In this document: positions 13,301 to 23,639 of the stretch, piece by piece
Layout of the letters: every line of letters starts with the position of its first letter
Numbering within the stretch: the first letter of the stretch is position 1
DNA from: Convolutriloba macropyga
Lineage: Eukaryota
DNA length: 64,000 nt
Direction of reading: 5' to 3'
Assembly (NCBI RefSeq): GCF_964194025.1
Contig: NC_134480.1
Span: 33,976,001 to 34,040,000, forward strand
The notes under the pieces: generated by a model
Told to the model about the DNA's origin: nothing
The model's database searches: none
The model's input: the letters and a program-made list of their open reading frames with translations, nothing else
Position numbers and translations under genes: made by a program

Positions 13301-16234
13301 CCATACAGAGTGTCTGCAACTCCCGTCTGCAGTTGTGATGTAGTTTTTATCCAAATCTTTTTTGATGGTTTCCTCGTAGGGTTCTCTCAAATTTGTGTCC
13401 CTCTCCAGTCTCTGCTGCAGAGCGTGGCACTGAACTTTGGCCATGTAGTAGTTGTAAGGAAGTTTGATGTCTTTCTTCTATGGAAGTCCAATCTGGTATC
13501 TGTCACCAATGTGTTTAATGGTATCATTGAGGATGGATAGAGCTTCTTTGTCATCTAAAGACTGTCCCTTTGAAGAGCACTGATTGAAGTTCACTCCTTC
13601 AATTGACTAGAAGAGTTGGAGAAGATCTTCATCTGGATCGTCTCTCGTCTCCTGATATGATTGAGAAGTGCTATGTTTGTGCTGTTTGACTGTCCAACTC
13701 TCTTCTGTGTGTACCTCTGAGGAGTGGGCCCTGTCAGTGTCCAGCCAAGCAGAGAGTTGACTCCGTATGGGGTGCCAGTGGGTCCTGTTGTGAACTGTTT
13801 GGGAACCGTTGCTGTGAATGCATCTGCTCCAATCAAAATTCCGATCCCGTTGTCTCTGATTGCTGGAAATCTTATGTTCTGGAGGTGAGAATGGTCTCCG
13901 CAGATGTCATTCAACATTTCAATTTGAACTCTTGCCATTCGAAGCTCCTCCATTGCTGTTGCGTACACAGGGATTCTGATCACAAGACAACTGCTTCACA
14001 ATGCTCCTATGGCGATCATGGCATCTGCTGTTTTAGCTGAGTGATCACCGTGAAGTGAAGCTAGTGGTAGGGTTATGTCTCTCGGTTGTTGCACTTGAAG
14101 TGCATCGGTAACCTGCTGTGTTATTTGAGTGTTGTCACTGCCACTGTCCAACAAAGCATAGGTTTCAATGCAAAGATCTCTGTTGAAAAGTGTTACTGGT
14201 ATCGCCTGCAATTGTATCTGCGGTGTGATCCATGAAGTTTCCTGTTGGTTGCTGCAAGTGTAGTTTTGTTGCGGAATTGTTGCCTGCTGTTGGGCTACAG
14301 TGCGCTGATTGTTGCTCTGCTGTCTGTTGACGTTGTTCTGCGCGTTCATCGGCTGAGGGTGAAAACCACGTCTGTTCCAGTTGCCCCTGTGTGAAGTGCT
14401 GCTGATAGATCCACTTTGTTCTGGTTTCCACTCTGTTGGTTGTAGTTTGAAATCGTCTGCTGCCATTGGTTATCATTAAGTTACGTCCATAGCTTGACTG
14501 GTTTTGGTTTGTTTGGTTTCTGAAGACATGGTTTTGTGAGATTTGATTCCAGTTCCCAATTGGTTGTGCATTTTGTTGCTGTTGCCTTGCATCTGTCCTA
14601 TGGAGCGTTGAGTGATGGAGGCCATTGCATCTGTCCACAAGGCACCTTGTTTCCGATTAGCAGAGACTCTTTTCGTTACCTCTTAGACAGCTGGGGCACA
14701 GATTGAACCTCCTCACACAACCCTGTCGGTCATACACTGACGTTTCCAAGTATTCGGGACAACGGCCAAGGTTGTGGTTTTGTGAGCAGAGTTGACATGA
14801 GACATCTGAAGGCCCCCTTCTAGGAAAAGTGTTCGCTGTGGTTCTCTGGTTCCTTTGTGGGGAGAAGTCTTCGCACGCCTCTGCGTATGAGTCAATCCAA
14901 TCAGCAAAGTGGGTAAGATTAGGTTGCAGCAAGCCTTGGCTTCTTGTTTGTTGATTCCATCTGATTATCATGCTAGGGTTCAATATGTCTATGGCCATTC
15001 TCAAGACAGCTGAAGACTTCAGATCAGCTTCAAAGTTGTGGAGCCGGAAGGTTTGTACAAGTCTCCTCAAGAAATACGAGAAGCTCAAAAAAGTGTTTGG
15101 TTCCTCTTATCTGGGTTTTGGCCACTTCTCTAATTGATCCGGATATGCAGCGACAATATGCAGTGTTTTGCCAAACTTTCTGGTCAATTCAGCGATGGCT
15201 TCATGGTAGTAATCCCCATTGTAGGAGTGTCCACTTATGGAATCTCTTGCTTTATGAGTTACAGAGTTTTGGAGGTATGTCATTTTTTGGGCGTCTGAGA
15301 GGCCACTGTTGTTGTGAATGGTTGCTTTGAAGAAACTGAACCACTGATGCCATTTCAGAGGATCACCTGTGAAATTGTCAATTGAAATCTTAGGCAAACT
15401 CAATGTGTTCTGTATCATCAATGCTTGGTGTTGCATCCAGTCTGGTGGGAAACTCGGAAAGCCATTGTATAGGTTGTTGTTATAGCCGTTGTTATTGTGT
15501 CCATCAGGTCCTCTGAAATTGTTCACTGGTAATTGATTGGTTTGCGGTGTGTACCTATGGCTCATGGTCGGAGCAGCCTGGTTATTGTTGTGAAAAGAAT
15601 ATGGTTGTTGGAAATGCCCTGCTCTGCTGTCCTCACTCTCCTGTCGGCTCTGTCCTTGAACATTTTTCTCTTCTCTCGATCGTTCATCTGTTCTCAGTGC
15701 CCCTGTGAGAAATTCCCGGTTCCTTCCTCTCTCTTCAATGTTCAGAACAGGTTGAGAATTATCAGGGTCTTCGGAGTCGGACGAGTCAGCGTTGTTATTT
15801 TCCTGATTGTTGCGGCTTGCGTAATGATGTTTCATTGCTCTATTGCTTAAAGGGTTCTGTTTTCTCAATAGATTAGGGGAAGGCGCTGCTGATGTGTTAA
15901 AAGCAGATTCAGTGTCACTTGCATCTGTTCTGTGTGCTTTTGCTCTCTGTTTGCATTTCAGCATGGTTATGTTTCTTTCGGCAGATTCATTAGCAAGTGT
16001 TGTCAACTCTTCACTTGTCAGCTGTAGCTTCATGAGTTCATTGCAACTTCTGTCTAACTGCTCTTTTTGAGACCTCAAGAGTTCCAAAGTTACACGTAGT
16101 ATGCTTAGACCTTCGTTACTATTGCTTTGTTCTTCAAAGAGGTCTTTTACTGCGTTCAACTCTATCACCTTCAACTGAAGTTGTTGCTTTAGGCTGTTCT
16201 TTGTTGCTGATGATGCTTTGGACTAGTTTGGCAT
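10344..16234 (-). pseudogene. BEL/Pao gag-pol, disrupted by many stops and frameshifts
   Basis: DUF1759-like FTGDPLKWHQWFSFF; Cys/His knuckles CQLCSQNHNLGRC; protease ALLDSGSD; WYLPHHPV; RT FYMDDF; RNase H LHTFTDAS...IPKLELEAA; integrase FTCLVTRAVHLE and NPPLAPHFGGVWERLI. Probable ATG at 16234, followed by an early TAG. Confidence 0.95.
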
Positions 16235-17109
16235 ATTGATTGTTTTAGAGGTTTTTTCTTATTTTACAATGTTTAAACTGCACTGTTACTGCACTATGTT
16301 TCCTTGTAACAGCCCTATTCTATCTTTTGTTAAAACTTATTATTTAAATGAGGCTGTTGCTTGCTGTGCTTAGCTAATGTTTTTTGCCTAATGTTTGTTT
16401 GCTATGTTTTAGCTTGTCGCAATCACTAATCAGTGAAGTTTGATGAAGCTTCGTTAATAAATTATATAGAGTTAAACTTTTTCACTAATCAGTGAAATGC
16501 TTACAAACGTAGACAATTAAAATTTTTTGCCGGGTTGCCTATTTGTTTTTCGAGCTCGATAGAAAAACCCTAACCTGTGGCGGCTAACTTTCGACTAATG
16601 TGTGTGTCTACTGACGCTGGTGGGGAAATAACTTCACGTTCCTATAAACCTTAATGTAGCAAGGGCATACCAGGCCTTGTAACTAATCCTAAGTCAATGT
16701 GTGTGTGTGTGTGTTAGTGGTGCTTTTAAATTTCACCTAGAGGAGGACCTACTCCTTTCAGAACTAGCGCGGAAAGATACTATATTGATCCAGCCTTAAC
16801 TAGACGCCTATTAAAATCCAGCTTTTTCGAAATGAAGACTTTCAATTCTGCAAGTAAGGCTAGCCCATCTGTCGTGACTAGGCATCCCACGCAAGCGTCC
16901 TTCTCAGGAGAACTTTCAAATCAGTCTTCACTTCTAGAGCCAGATTAAAAACCAGTTGGATCTTTTATGAATGTGACGTTTTTGATTAATACTTGTGAAG
17001 TTATCAAACCAGAGTTTAAATTTGCTAAGTGTCAAAAGCCTAAGTTCCCCCCTATAAAATCAAAAATTCCCCAGTCTGAGTCGAGCAAATTTCAAAGGTC
17101 CTTTTTTGA

Positions 17110-17124
17110 ACCTAGGATACGCCA
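17110..17124 (-). other. Primer-binding site candidate of the BEL element
   Basis: TGGCG... starts 4 nt inside the 5' LTR boundary and is complementary to a tRNA 3' CCA end. The tRNA could not be identified. Confidence 0.6.
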
Positions 17125-17128
17125 GAAA

Positions 17129-17489
17129 TGTTTATGCTCGTCGGCCTAAGTCTTGCATACTAAGACAACTTTTCATTAATATTTGTATTTCTGAAAGTCG
17201 CAACCATGGTAGCAAATCAACCTTTTTAAATACATCATAATTCGCGCCATTGGCACACAAGTGGTGGTTAGAAACGGGAAATCCCTTACTATAAATAATA
17301 TTGAAAGTGAATGTCAACAACTTCTGACTTCTTCAATAAAATCAACTTAAATATATAGCTTCAATGGAAATAGGTTGGGGGAATGGAAATCAGGAAATGA
17401 ATGGGTTTTGGAGGACGAAAGTGTAGGTAGGGGAAGGAAAATGAGGGTGTGGGGGGAGATAAAATATAAAGGAACTTGGTTCCTTTACA
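17129..17489 (-). repeat. 5' LTR of the second BEL/Pao element
   Basis: Direct repeat of 9816-10175. On the - strand it is followed by TTTC-TGGCGTATCCTAGG, a PBS-like sequence. Confidence 0.95.
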
Positions 17490-18149
17490 GTACTAAAGAT
17501 GCAAAACTTTCTCTCAACTTAGAAGGCATCATGAACAGGGGCAAAGTTGAAAATTATTTATGCAAAGATGACTATTACTAGCACTCTGTGAAGCTTGGTT
17601 AACTCCTTAGGACCCGCTTGGTTGTTATTTCTTAAACGGATATCAGAAAATAAATATCAAGAGCAAAGAAAAATTTTGTCGAGATAGCTTTTCCTTTTGT
17701 AAAAAATGAAAATAGTTTGAAAAAAGAGAGAGCTTAACAAAAACTATATCTGATGTATATGATTTTTTATTTTTTAAGTTGATCATCGAAAACCGAAGCA
17801 TGTTAATTTACAACTTAGCACACAAATCACTTTTAAACAATTATGTTTTCTTGAAAAAATTAGAAAACATGATATGATATTAAAACAATCAAACGAAACA
17901 ATCAAACGTCATCAGATGATATTGTTGCTGAATAATTTCAACAAAATTGAACAATTGGATTTAGAGCAAACAGATTATAAACTAATGTTCTTCTGAATGG
18001 TTTTGTGATTACCCGAGAGATTCTAGATTAAAAAAACTCAGTAGTTGCATTTTTTGGGTATATAAACGCTTTTTGGTACAAAGAATTGGTCTAGTTTATC
18101 ATAAAAAACTTGCATTCTGCGATTTTTTGTAACAGAGAACTTTTAGTTG

Positions 18150-18690
18150 AAATAAAGGAGGTTTGCTCTTTGGGAATTGCATTTTTTGTAGGAGGATTGT
18201 TTCGTTCAGGGCTTTTTCCTATCTCATTTGTAACGTTGCAATTAGATCAATTCTCATTTGATAGTAGAGCTGACAAATTTGCAGAGAACTGCCTCAGCTA
18301 GCCTATCCAGTTCAGTTACAAAAATGTCGTTCAAGCCATTTTATTTGTAGGTGTTAATCTTCAATTTGACTTCTCAGCACGCATTCAGCATTGTTAGTGA
18401 CTTTGATGCAATTAAATTTGAATCAGTCTGTTTTATATCTTATTGATTTGCATATTTGACATGCTAGCACGTGCTGCCTGCACAAACTGCTGAAGCAAAA
18501 TGTACACTTTTTTCGACTTTATGTTGTTTTGGTTGCTCTCAAACAATTTTTGTAGCCATTGCAATAGTACTACGATCGTTCTTAATGCAATTTTTTGTGG
18601 GACCGACTTTTCTTTTGACACTATTGACTTTTTGTCCAGAGAAATGGGATAAACAGTAAAGAACCGGGGGCATTGTATTTTGTTAGAGCC
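18150..18690 (+). pseudogene. Decayed multi-pass membrane protein fragment, possibly POT/SLC15-like
   Basis: LGIAFFVGGLFRSGLFPISFVTLQLDQF resembles the POT-family TM4 G-x-G...DQ motif. A later hydrophobic stretch ends KWDKQ*RTGGIVF. Stops present. Confidence 0.3.
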
Positions 18691-19843
18691 TTACGGTTCA
18701 CTACTCTATAGATGTCTGCGTATGCGATTCACCGAAGTAATTCAAATGTCATAAATTCTCGAGTGAAGAAGTGAAGGGCGATTCTTAGAGTTTGAACGTC
18801 CTCCTCCAACGTCTGAACCCCCCAGGAGTCCGTTAGTCGGCTGTTTACTGGTGCTATTTTTTTTGCCGGGTGTGACTTTCTAATAAGAATTCTGAACAAA
18901 AATACATTTCTTTTCAGCGAAACAAGACAAAAAAAATTCAAAGAGCCATCCAGAAAGAAAGAAAACCTTTCAAGTAATGGATAAGGAATCCAGGAGACTT
19001 TATTAGATCTGAAACCCTTCTCACGAGAAACAAAGTAAATTCGTAACGAAAACTGCTCATCCTTGTCTAAAAATCAAAGGGTCAGGCTTTAAAAAGTCCG
19101 TCCTCAAACATCGGAAAATATATATCAAATGTTTATGAACACAACTTGTTCTGCAAATCAGGTCATCGTGGATACATCGCTGGATAACTTGAACCTTCTC
19201 TTTGCAAACAATCTATTGGACTGTGAAAGTCAACATTAAAAATAGTGTCACACAGTTTTTTTTTCTGTCAAATTCAGTGAGACATGTTGGCATAGACTGC
19301 ATGGCCAAAAACGAATTTTCCAGTGCTTAGAACATCTTAGCTCAAATCCTGATCAAGGCCTCCGTGAAAATTTTTTCCAACAAAAATTGAAATTGCGGAG
19401 TTACATCCTTCGTTAGATCGGGCAACAAAAATAATGTTAGTAATATTATATCATTAAGTTTTCTAAGTTCCTCAAACAATCAAACAATCATCAGATGATA
19501 TTGAAACAATCAAATGAAATTATCAAACGCCATCAAATGATTTTGTTCCGGAATAATAAAAAAAAACAGTTTGTATTTCGAGTAAATAGATCATCAACTA
19601 ATGTTGTTCCGAATGTTTTTGAATTTTTCCGAGAGAATCCGGATAAAAAGATTTCAGTAGTTGCATTATTTGGGTTGATAAACGCATTTTGATACTAAAA
19701 ATCTGTCTTCTGGTTTAACTTAAAAAATACTTACATTTTGCGGTTTTAGTAACAGAGAAGACTTAGTTGAATCAAACTGTGTTTCCCCTAATACGGACGA
19801 AATTGGCTTTTTTGCGTTCCCAAAGATCATTGTTAAGTCCACG

Positions 19844-19852
<9 letters not shown>

Positions 19853-19937
<85 letters not shown>
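19853..19937. repeat. (TA)n microsatellite
   Basis: About 42 TA units. Confidence 0.97.
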
Positions 19938-19940
<3 letters not shown>

Positions 19941-20637
19941 TTACCAAATTACCATCAGTAGTGCGTCACAAAGTAGTAAAAAATAACCCTTTTGCTGCTG
20001 ACGCAGCAATCTATTGGCGAAGAAATTAAAGCTTTCAAGACCTCAACTCAGATGCTTATGCGTCAAGTATCATGTTCTCACAAAATTGCTTTACTTTGAA
20101 TACTGAGAAAAGCGTGTTTGTATACTTTGTTAATAACGAATGCATAAAAGAAATTTTAAACATTTGCTGAATTTTATTTTCAACATACAATCTTCATCAA
20201 ATGTTTAAGTAATCTTGTTGTTAATAACTTGAATTTCAAAGAACACATTTTTCTACAGTTAACTTCCTACAGCTAACTAAAATAATGAGTGAAATTTTTG
20301 GTGTATCTTGCAAGATACAATATATTTTCAGCAAAAAATCTGCTTTAGTTTTATCGTTATTACAGAAAAAGCCTAATTGAGTATAGAGTATTATTTTACG
20401 ATAATGCCGGTAGAACAAAATTTGTTAAACTGATTTCTGAAAGAAAGAAAACTTTTTTGTCTAAAATGTCCTCAAAGATTACTTTACTCAACTCAGATTT
20501 TGACTATTTCTAAAATTAGCTTTGTGTTCAAGAAAACAAATTGAGTTGAACATTTTTTCACCTACTTATATCCTCAGATGCTTTTAGCTTTCGTTAAATA
20601 TAGCTATCTGGGACTTTTTCATAGACTTGGGATTGTT

Positions 20638-20939
20638 GCGGTGAATGCGGTGAATTGCGGTGAATTATTTATTTTCACCGCGTTCTCGGTAACGGCGGCT
20701 TTTTTTCACCACTCAATTCGGTGAACTATTTTTTTTCACCGCTAGATGAGGTGAAAGAAATAATTCATCGCATCAGGCGGTGAAAAACAAATCACCGCCT
20801 CCGTGAACGCAGTGAAAAAAATAATAATTCACCGCGATTCACCGCAAAAAGATGTAAGAAATACGCGGTGAAAACTATTTATTTTTACCGCATTTCACCG
20901 CATTTCTTACGAAAATTCACCGCCAAACCTTGACCCGGG
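20638..20939. repeat. Array of GCGGTGAA/TTCACCGC motifs in both orientations, ending in CCCGGG (MITE-like subterminal array)
   Basis: More than 15 motif copies in alternating orientation with short A/T spacers; ends CCTTGACCCGGG. Confidence 0.75.
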
Positions 20940-21169
20940 GGCTCACTGCTCTATAATTATCTGCGTATGCGATTCACTGAAGTAATTCAGATGACACAAA
21001 TTCTTGGTGTGAAGAAGTGAAGGGTGGTTCTTAGAGTTTGAATCCCCTCCTCGACTCAACCCCCCCCCCCCCCCCCAGAGTCGGTTAGTCGGTTGTTTAA
21101 ACTGGTGTTTTTTTCCGTCGGTTATAAATTTCTAATAACAATTCTGGACAAAATTACATTTCTTTTCAG

Positions 21170-21476
21170 CGAACCAAGACGAACGACTCAGACAAATTCA
21201 TTCACAAGCATTCAAAATTCACGCTTTTCTGACACCAGAACTTCCTTCTCAATTCCGGAGGAATTTGGATCCGCAGACGTTGCATGTGAAGACCTTTTGG
21301 ACGACACGGTTCTGGTAGACTTTCTCAACGATTCATCTCCAAGTTTGTCTAAGAGGGGTCCATCAATATTTATGGACTCGGTTGCTTTTGAAGAGCGGAT
21401 TAGTAGAGGCAAAACACCACATAGAGGATCGTTTTCTGGCGTTTCAGATGGCGAGAGTATTGCCAAAACACTTTGT
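21170..21476 (+). CDS. HPS1: HPS1-like gene, exon 3 (Ser/acidic linker)
   Basis: TTTCTTTTCAG acceptor and GTAAGT donor. Open frame EPRRTTQ...IAKTLC; phase 2 in and phase 0 out, consistent with both neighbours. Confidence 0.8.
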
Positions 21477-22194
21477 GTAAGTTTTGGGGATAGTCCGTTC
21501 CCGTGTTAGGTTGTCACAGCTAAAAGTTGCTCAAATTGTAAGAGTCGCGGTCAATAAGGTGCATTTTTGTATAAAGCATTGCAAAAGTCCAAATATCGCA
21601 GTTTCACTACAGTTTTAAAAAGAATTTAAAAAAATTTGTGATTTTGAGTTGAAACGTCAACCCGGGTTACGGGGCATTGGAGACACTTCTGACGCCGGAA
21701 CGGTCTTAAAGAGCCAATGCATGTTTTGAACTATTAATTGAACCAACGACAGAGTTTGGTCTGTGCATTATGCCAAAACAGACTGTATTCTGAACATTAT
21801 AAGTTTCAACTAAAAGATTCTGACTGACAAAAAAGCGCGGAGTAGCATTTTCGTGGGTAACATTTTATTGATTTATTTTCAATGAGTAAATTTTAAATGA
21901 GGAATTTTTATTGAGTAAATTTTTATTAGCCTCGTCATCTCACAAGTCGGCTATTATTGCGCTTTTCAGTTGTTACAACTCAAACTGGAGTATTGATTTT
22001 CTACAGGTTTTCTTAGCTAAAGCAAATTTATTCGAGACTTCAATTTTTTTTTCGCAAAACTGATCTTCTGTATTAGGACCTTGACCTCTGTTTTGGAACA
22101 TTGCTCTTTAGCAATACCGTAGTTTCTAATAAACAATAAAGGTGATAATATTTAAGGTCGACATGTCTTTTTGAGAAGTTTTCTTACCACAACA

Positions 22195-22370
22195 GTACCT
22201 CCTCCCTACTCTAATTATCAAACTACAGACACCCCTAACCATCAGCCATCCCCCCTCAACCACCTACTCCCTCAAACACCTACGCCCCCTCAACCACCTG
22301 ACCCTACACCCACACCTACTCCTGCCCCCACCCGCATGCCCCAATATCTTCCCCTCTCATCCACACCGTT
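22195..22370. repeat. C-rich low-complexity tract
   Basis: CCTAC/CACC-rich run that yields a spurious Pro-rich ORF. Confidence 0.7.
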
Positions 22371-22529
22371 AAACTAAAAATTGAGTAGATATTTTTTGAT
22401 AACTTCTTTACAACGTCAAATAAAAATTTGTTTCTGGGTACCTAACTTTGCCGCTTTTTCTACATTTTTCGTGAAATAATTTCGCTAGGCTAGTTTCATT
22501 CTTCATTCATTCGGATTTTAAAAAAAATC

Positions 22530-22654
22530 AGGTCTTTCACAATATAGTCCCCCGACCCACAAAATTTTAGCCCCACATTAATGGTATAATTATAACGATG
22601 GGGGCTACAGTTTATATGACCATCACGTTGACGGGGCTATATTGGGAACGACCC
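22530..22654. mobile_element. Small MITE-like element
   Basis: Left AGGTCTTTCACAATATAGTCCCC and right GGGGCTATATTGGGAACGACCC form an imperfect ~22-bp TIR. Confidence 0.55.
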
Positions 22655-23132
22655 AGAAATTCAAACGCAAAGAGCAGTTGATCAGCGAAACAAACATAAA
22701 ATGAACGAAGTCAATGTCAAAGAACGAAATCAAAATAACAAACGGTAAGAACTCACAGAGCTCTAGTTTAAATGTCTGTTTCTTAGATTTCGTATAAATT
22801 AGTCTAAGTTACCAACTCTAATGCTTCCTGTTATTGATACTAATCCTCCTATGTTCTCATTAAGAGACATGAGTAAGCACGAATATCATTTCCAATGATG
22901 ATAACGTCTCTCCCGATATTTTTGCAACAGACTTTTTTATTTCATTTTCTTTTCTTTACTTGTTTCGGGGCTAATCTTGGTCCTGGAATTAATCGCGGCT
23001 ATTTTCCGGCAATCTGCCGGGTACGTTTAATGAGTATTTTTTGCGTAAGTTTTTATTGAGTATTTTTAATGGGTAACTTTTATTGAGTAAATGTTTGCTA
23101 AATTTATCTGCCAACCATGTTTTATATTTTAG

Positions 23133-23424
23133 GACTTCAGACAGAAAACAAACCACGTATTTCGAGTCTGTCTTTCACCGAATCGCAAGTCACACCCCAA
23201 AGCCACACAAAACAACCTTCAGAAATTGGAGCACTATTACGTCATTTTCTTCAAACCATTTGACCGCCACGACATTGTGATTGTTTTTGGAGCACCAGCT
23301 GATGATGATTTCAACCGTCAATGCGCTTTTGACCTTGAATCAATAATTTGTGGTGTTCAAGCTTATATTTCACAGCTGCAGGACCCATTGTTCTCTGCAG
23401 AAGAATTAAAAACAAAACAACAAG
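23133..23424 (+). CDS. HPS1: HPS1-like gene, exon 4
   Basis: TTTATATTTTAG acceptor and GTTTCT donor. DFRQKTNHVFRVCLSPN...HYYVIFFKPFDRHDIVIVF resembles HPS1 RRIFLDAN...HTMYCLPLWQGINLVLL. Phase 0 in, phase 1 out. Confidence 0.8.
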
Positions 23425-23639
23425 GTTTCTTTCAGTTTCTTTTGTACTTAATACTAAAAAAACTGTACAACGCCCCCCGCGCTGGAGTATGAACATTTAT
23501 AATTGCTATTTATACCCCTTTTTTGGTGTCTATAAATTTCAAATTGCACTGGACAACCGCACCTCATGTCAAGCTAAGCGAATTATTTTTAGCGTAAAAA
23601 CTTACAATTAGCTAGTGATAGATACTTTTCCAAAAAAAT

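Larger units (their letters stand above)
9816..17489 (-). mobile_element. Full-length decayed BEL/Pao LTR retrotransposon in HPS1 intron 2 (antisense)
   Basis: Two ~360-bp LTRs with TG...CA ends. 5-bp TSD GTACT at 9811-9815 and 17490-17494. Internal order gag-PR-RT-RNase H-IN. Confidence 0.97.
17860..21185 (+). repeat. Old intronic tandem duplication (17860-18150 matches 19470-19770; 18700-18930 matches 20945-21185)
   Basis: Collinear shared strings include CAGTAGTTGCATT, GTAACAGAGAA, TCTGCGTATGCGATTCAC, TTCTTAGAGTTTGAA and ACATTTCTTTTCAGCGAA. The sequence between the blocks differs between copies. Confidence 0.85.

Noticed and set aside
10432-16070. Plus-strand ORFs within the BEL element, and likewise 52481-56331 within the Gypsy
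   Set aside because: Antisense shadows of gag-pol with no independent motifs.
16235-17128. Extra or env-like ORF in the BEL element
   Set aside because: The leader has no substantial ORF, and the region between integrase and the 3' LTR is under 200 bp.
20638-20939. CRISPR-like repeat array
   Set aside because: The motifs are 8 bp, in both orientations, without unique constant-length spacers or cas genes, and the context is a eukaryotic intron.
22171-22377. Proline-rich protein ORF
   Set aside because: Product of a C-rich low-complexity tract, with no ATG or splice support.
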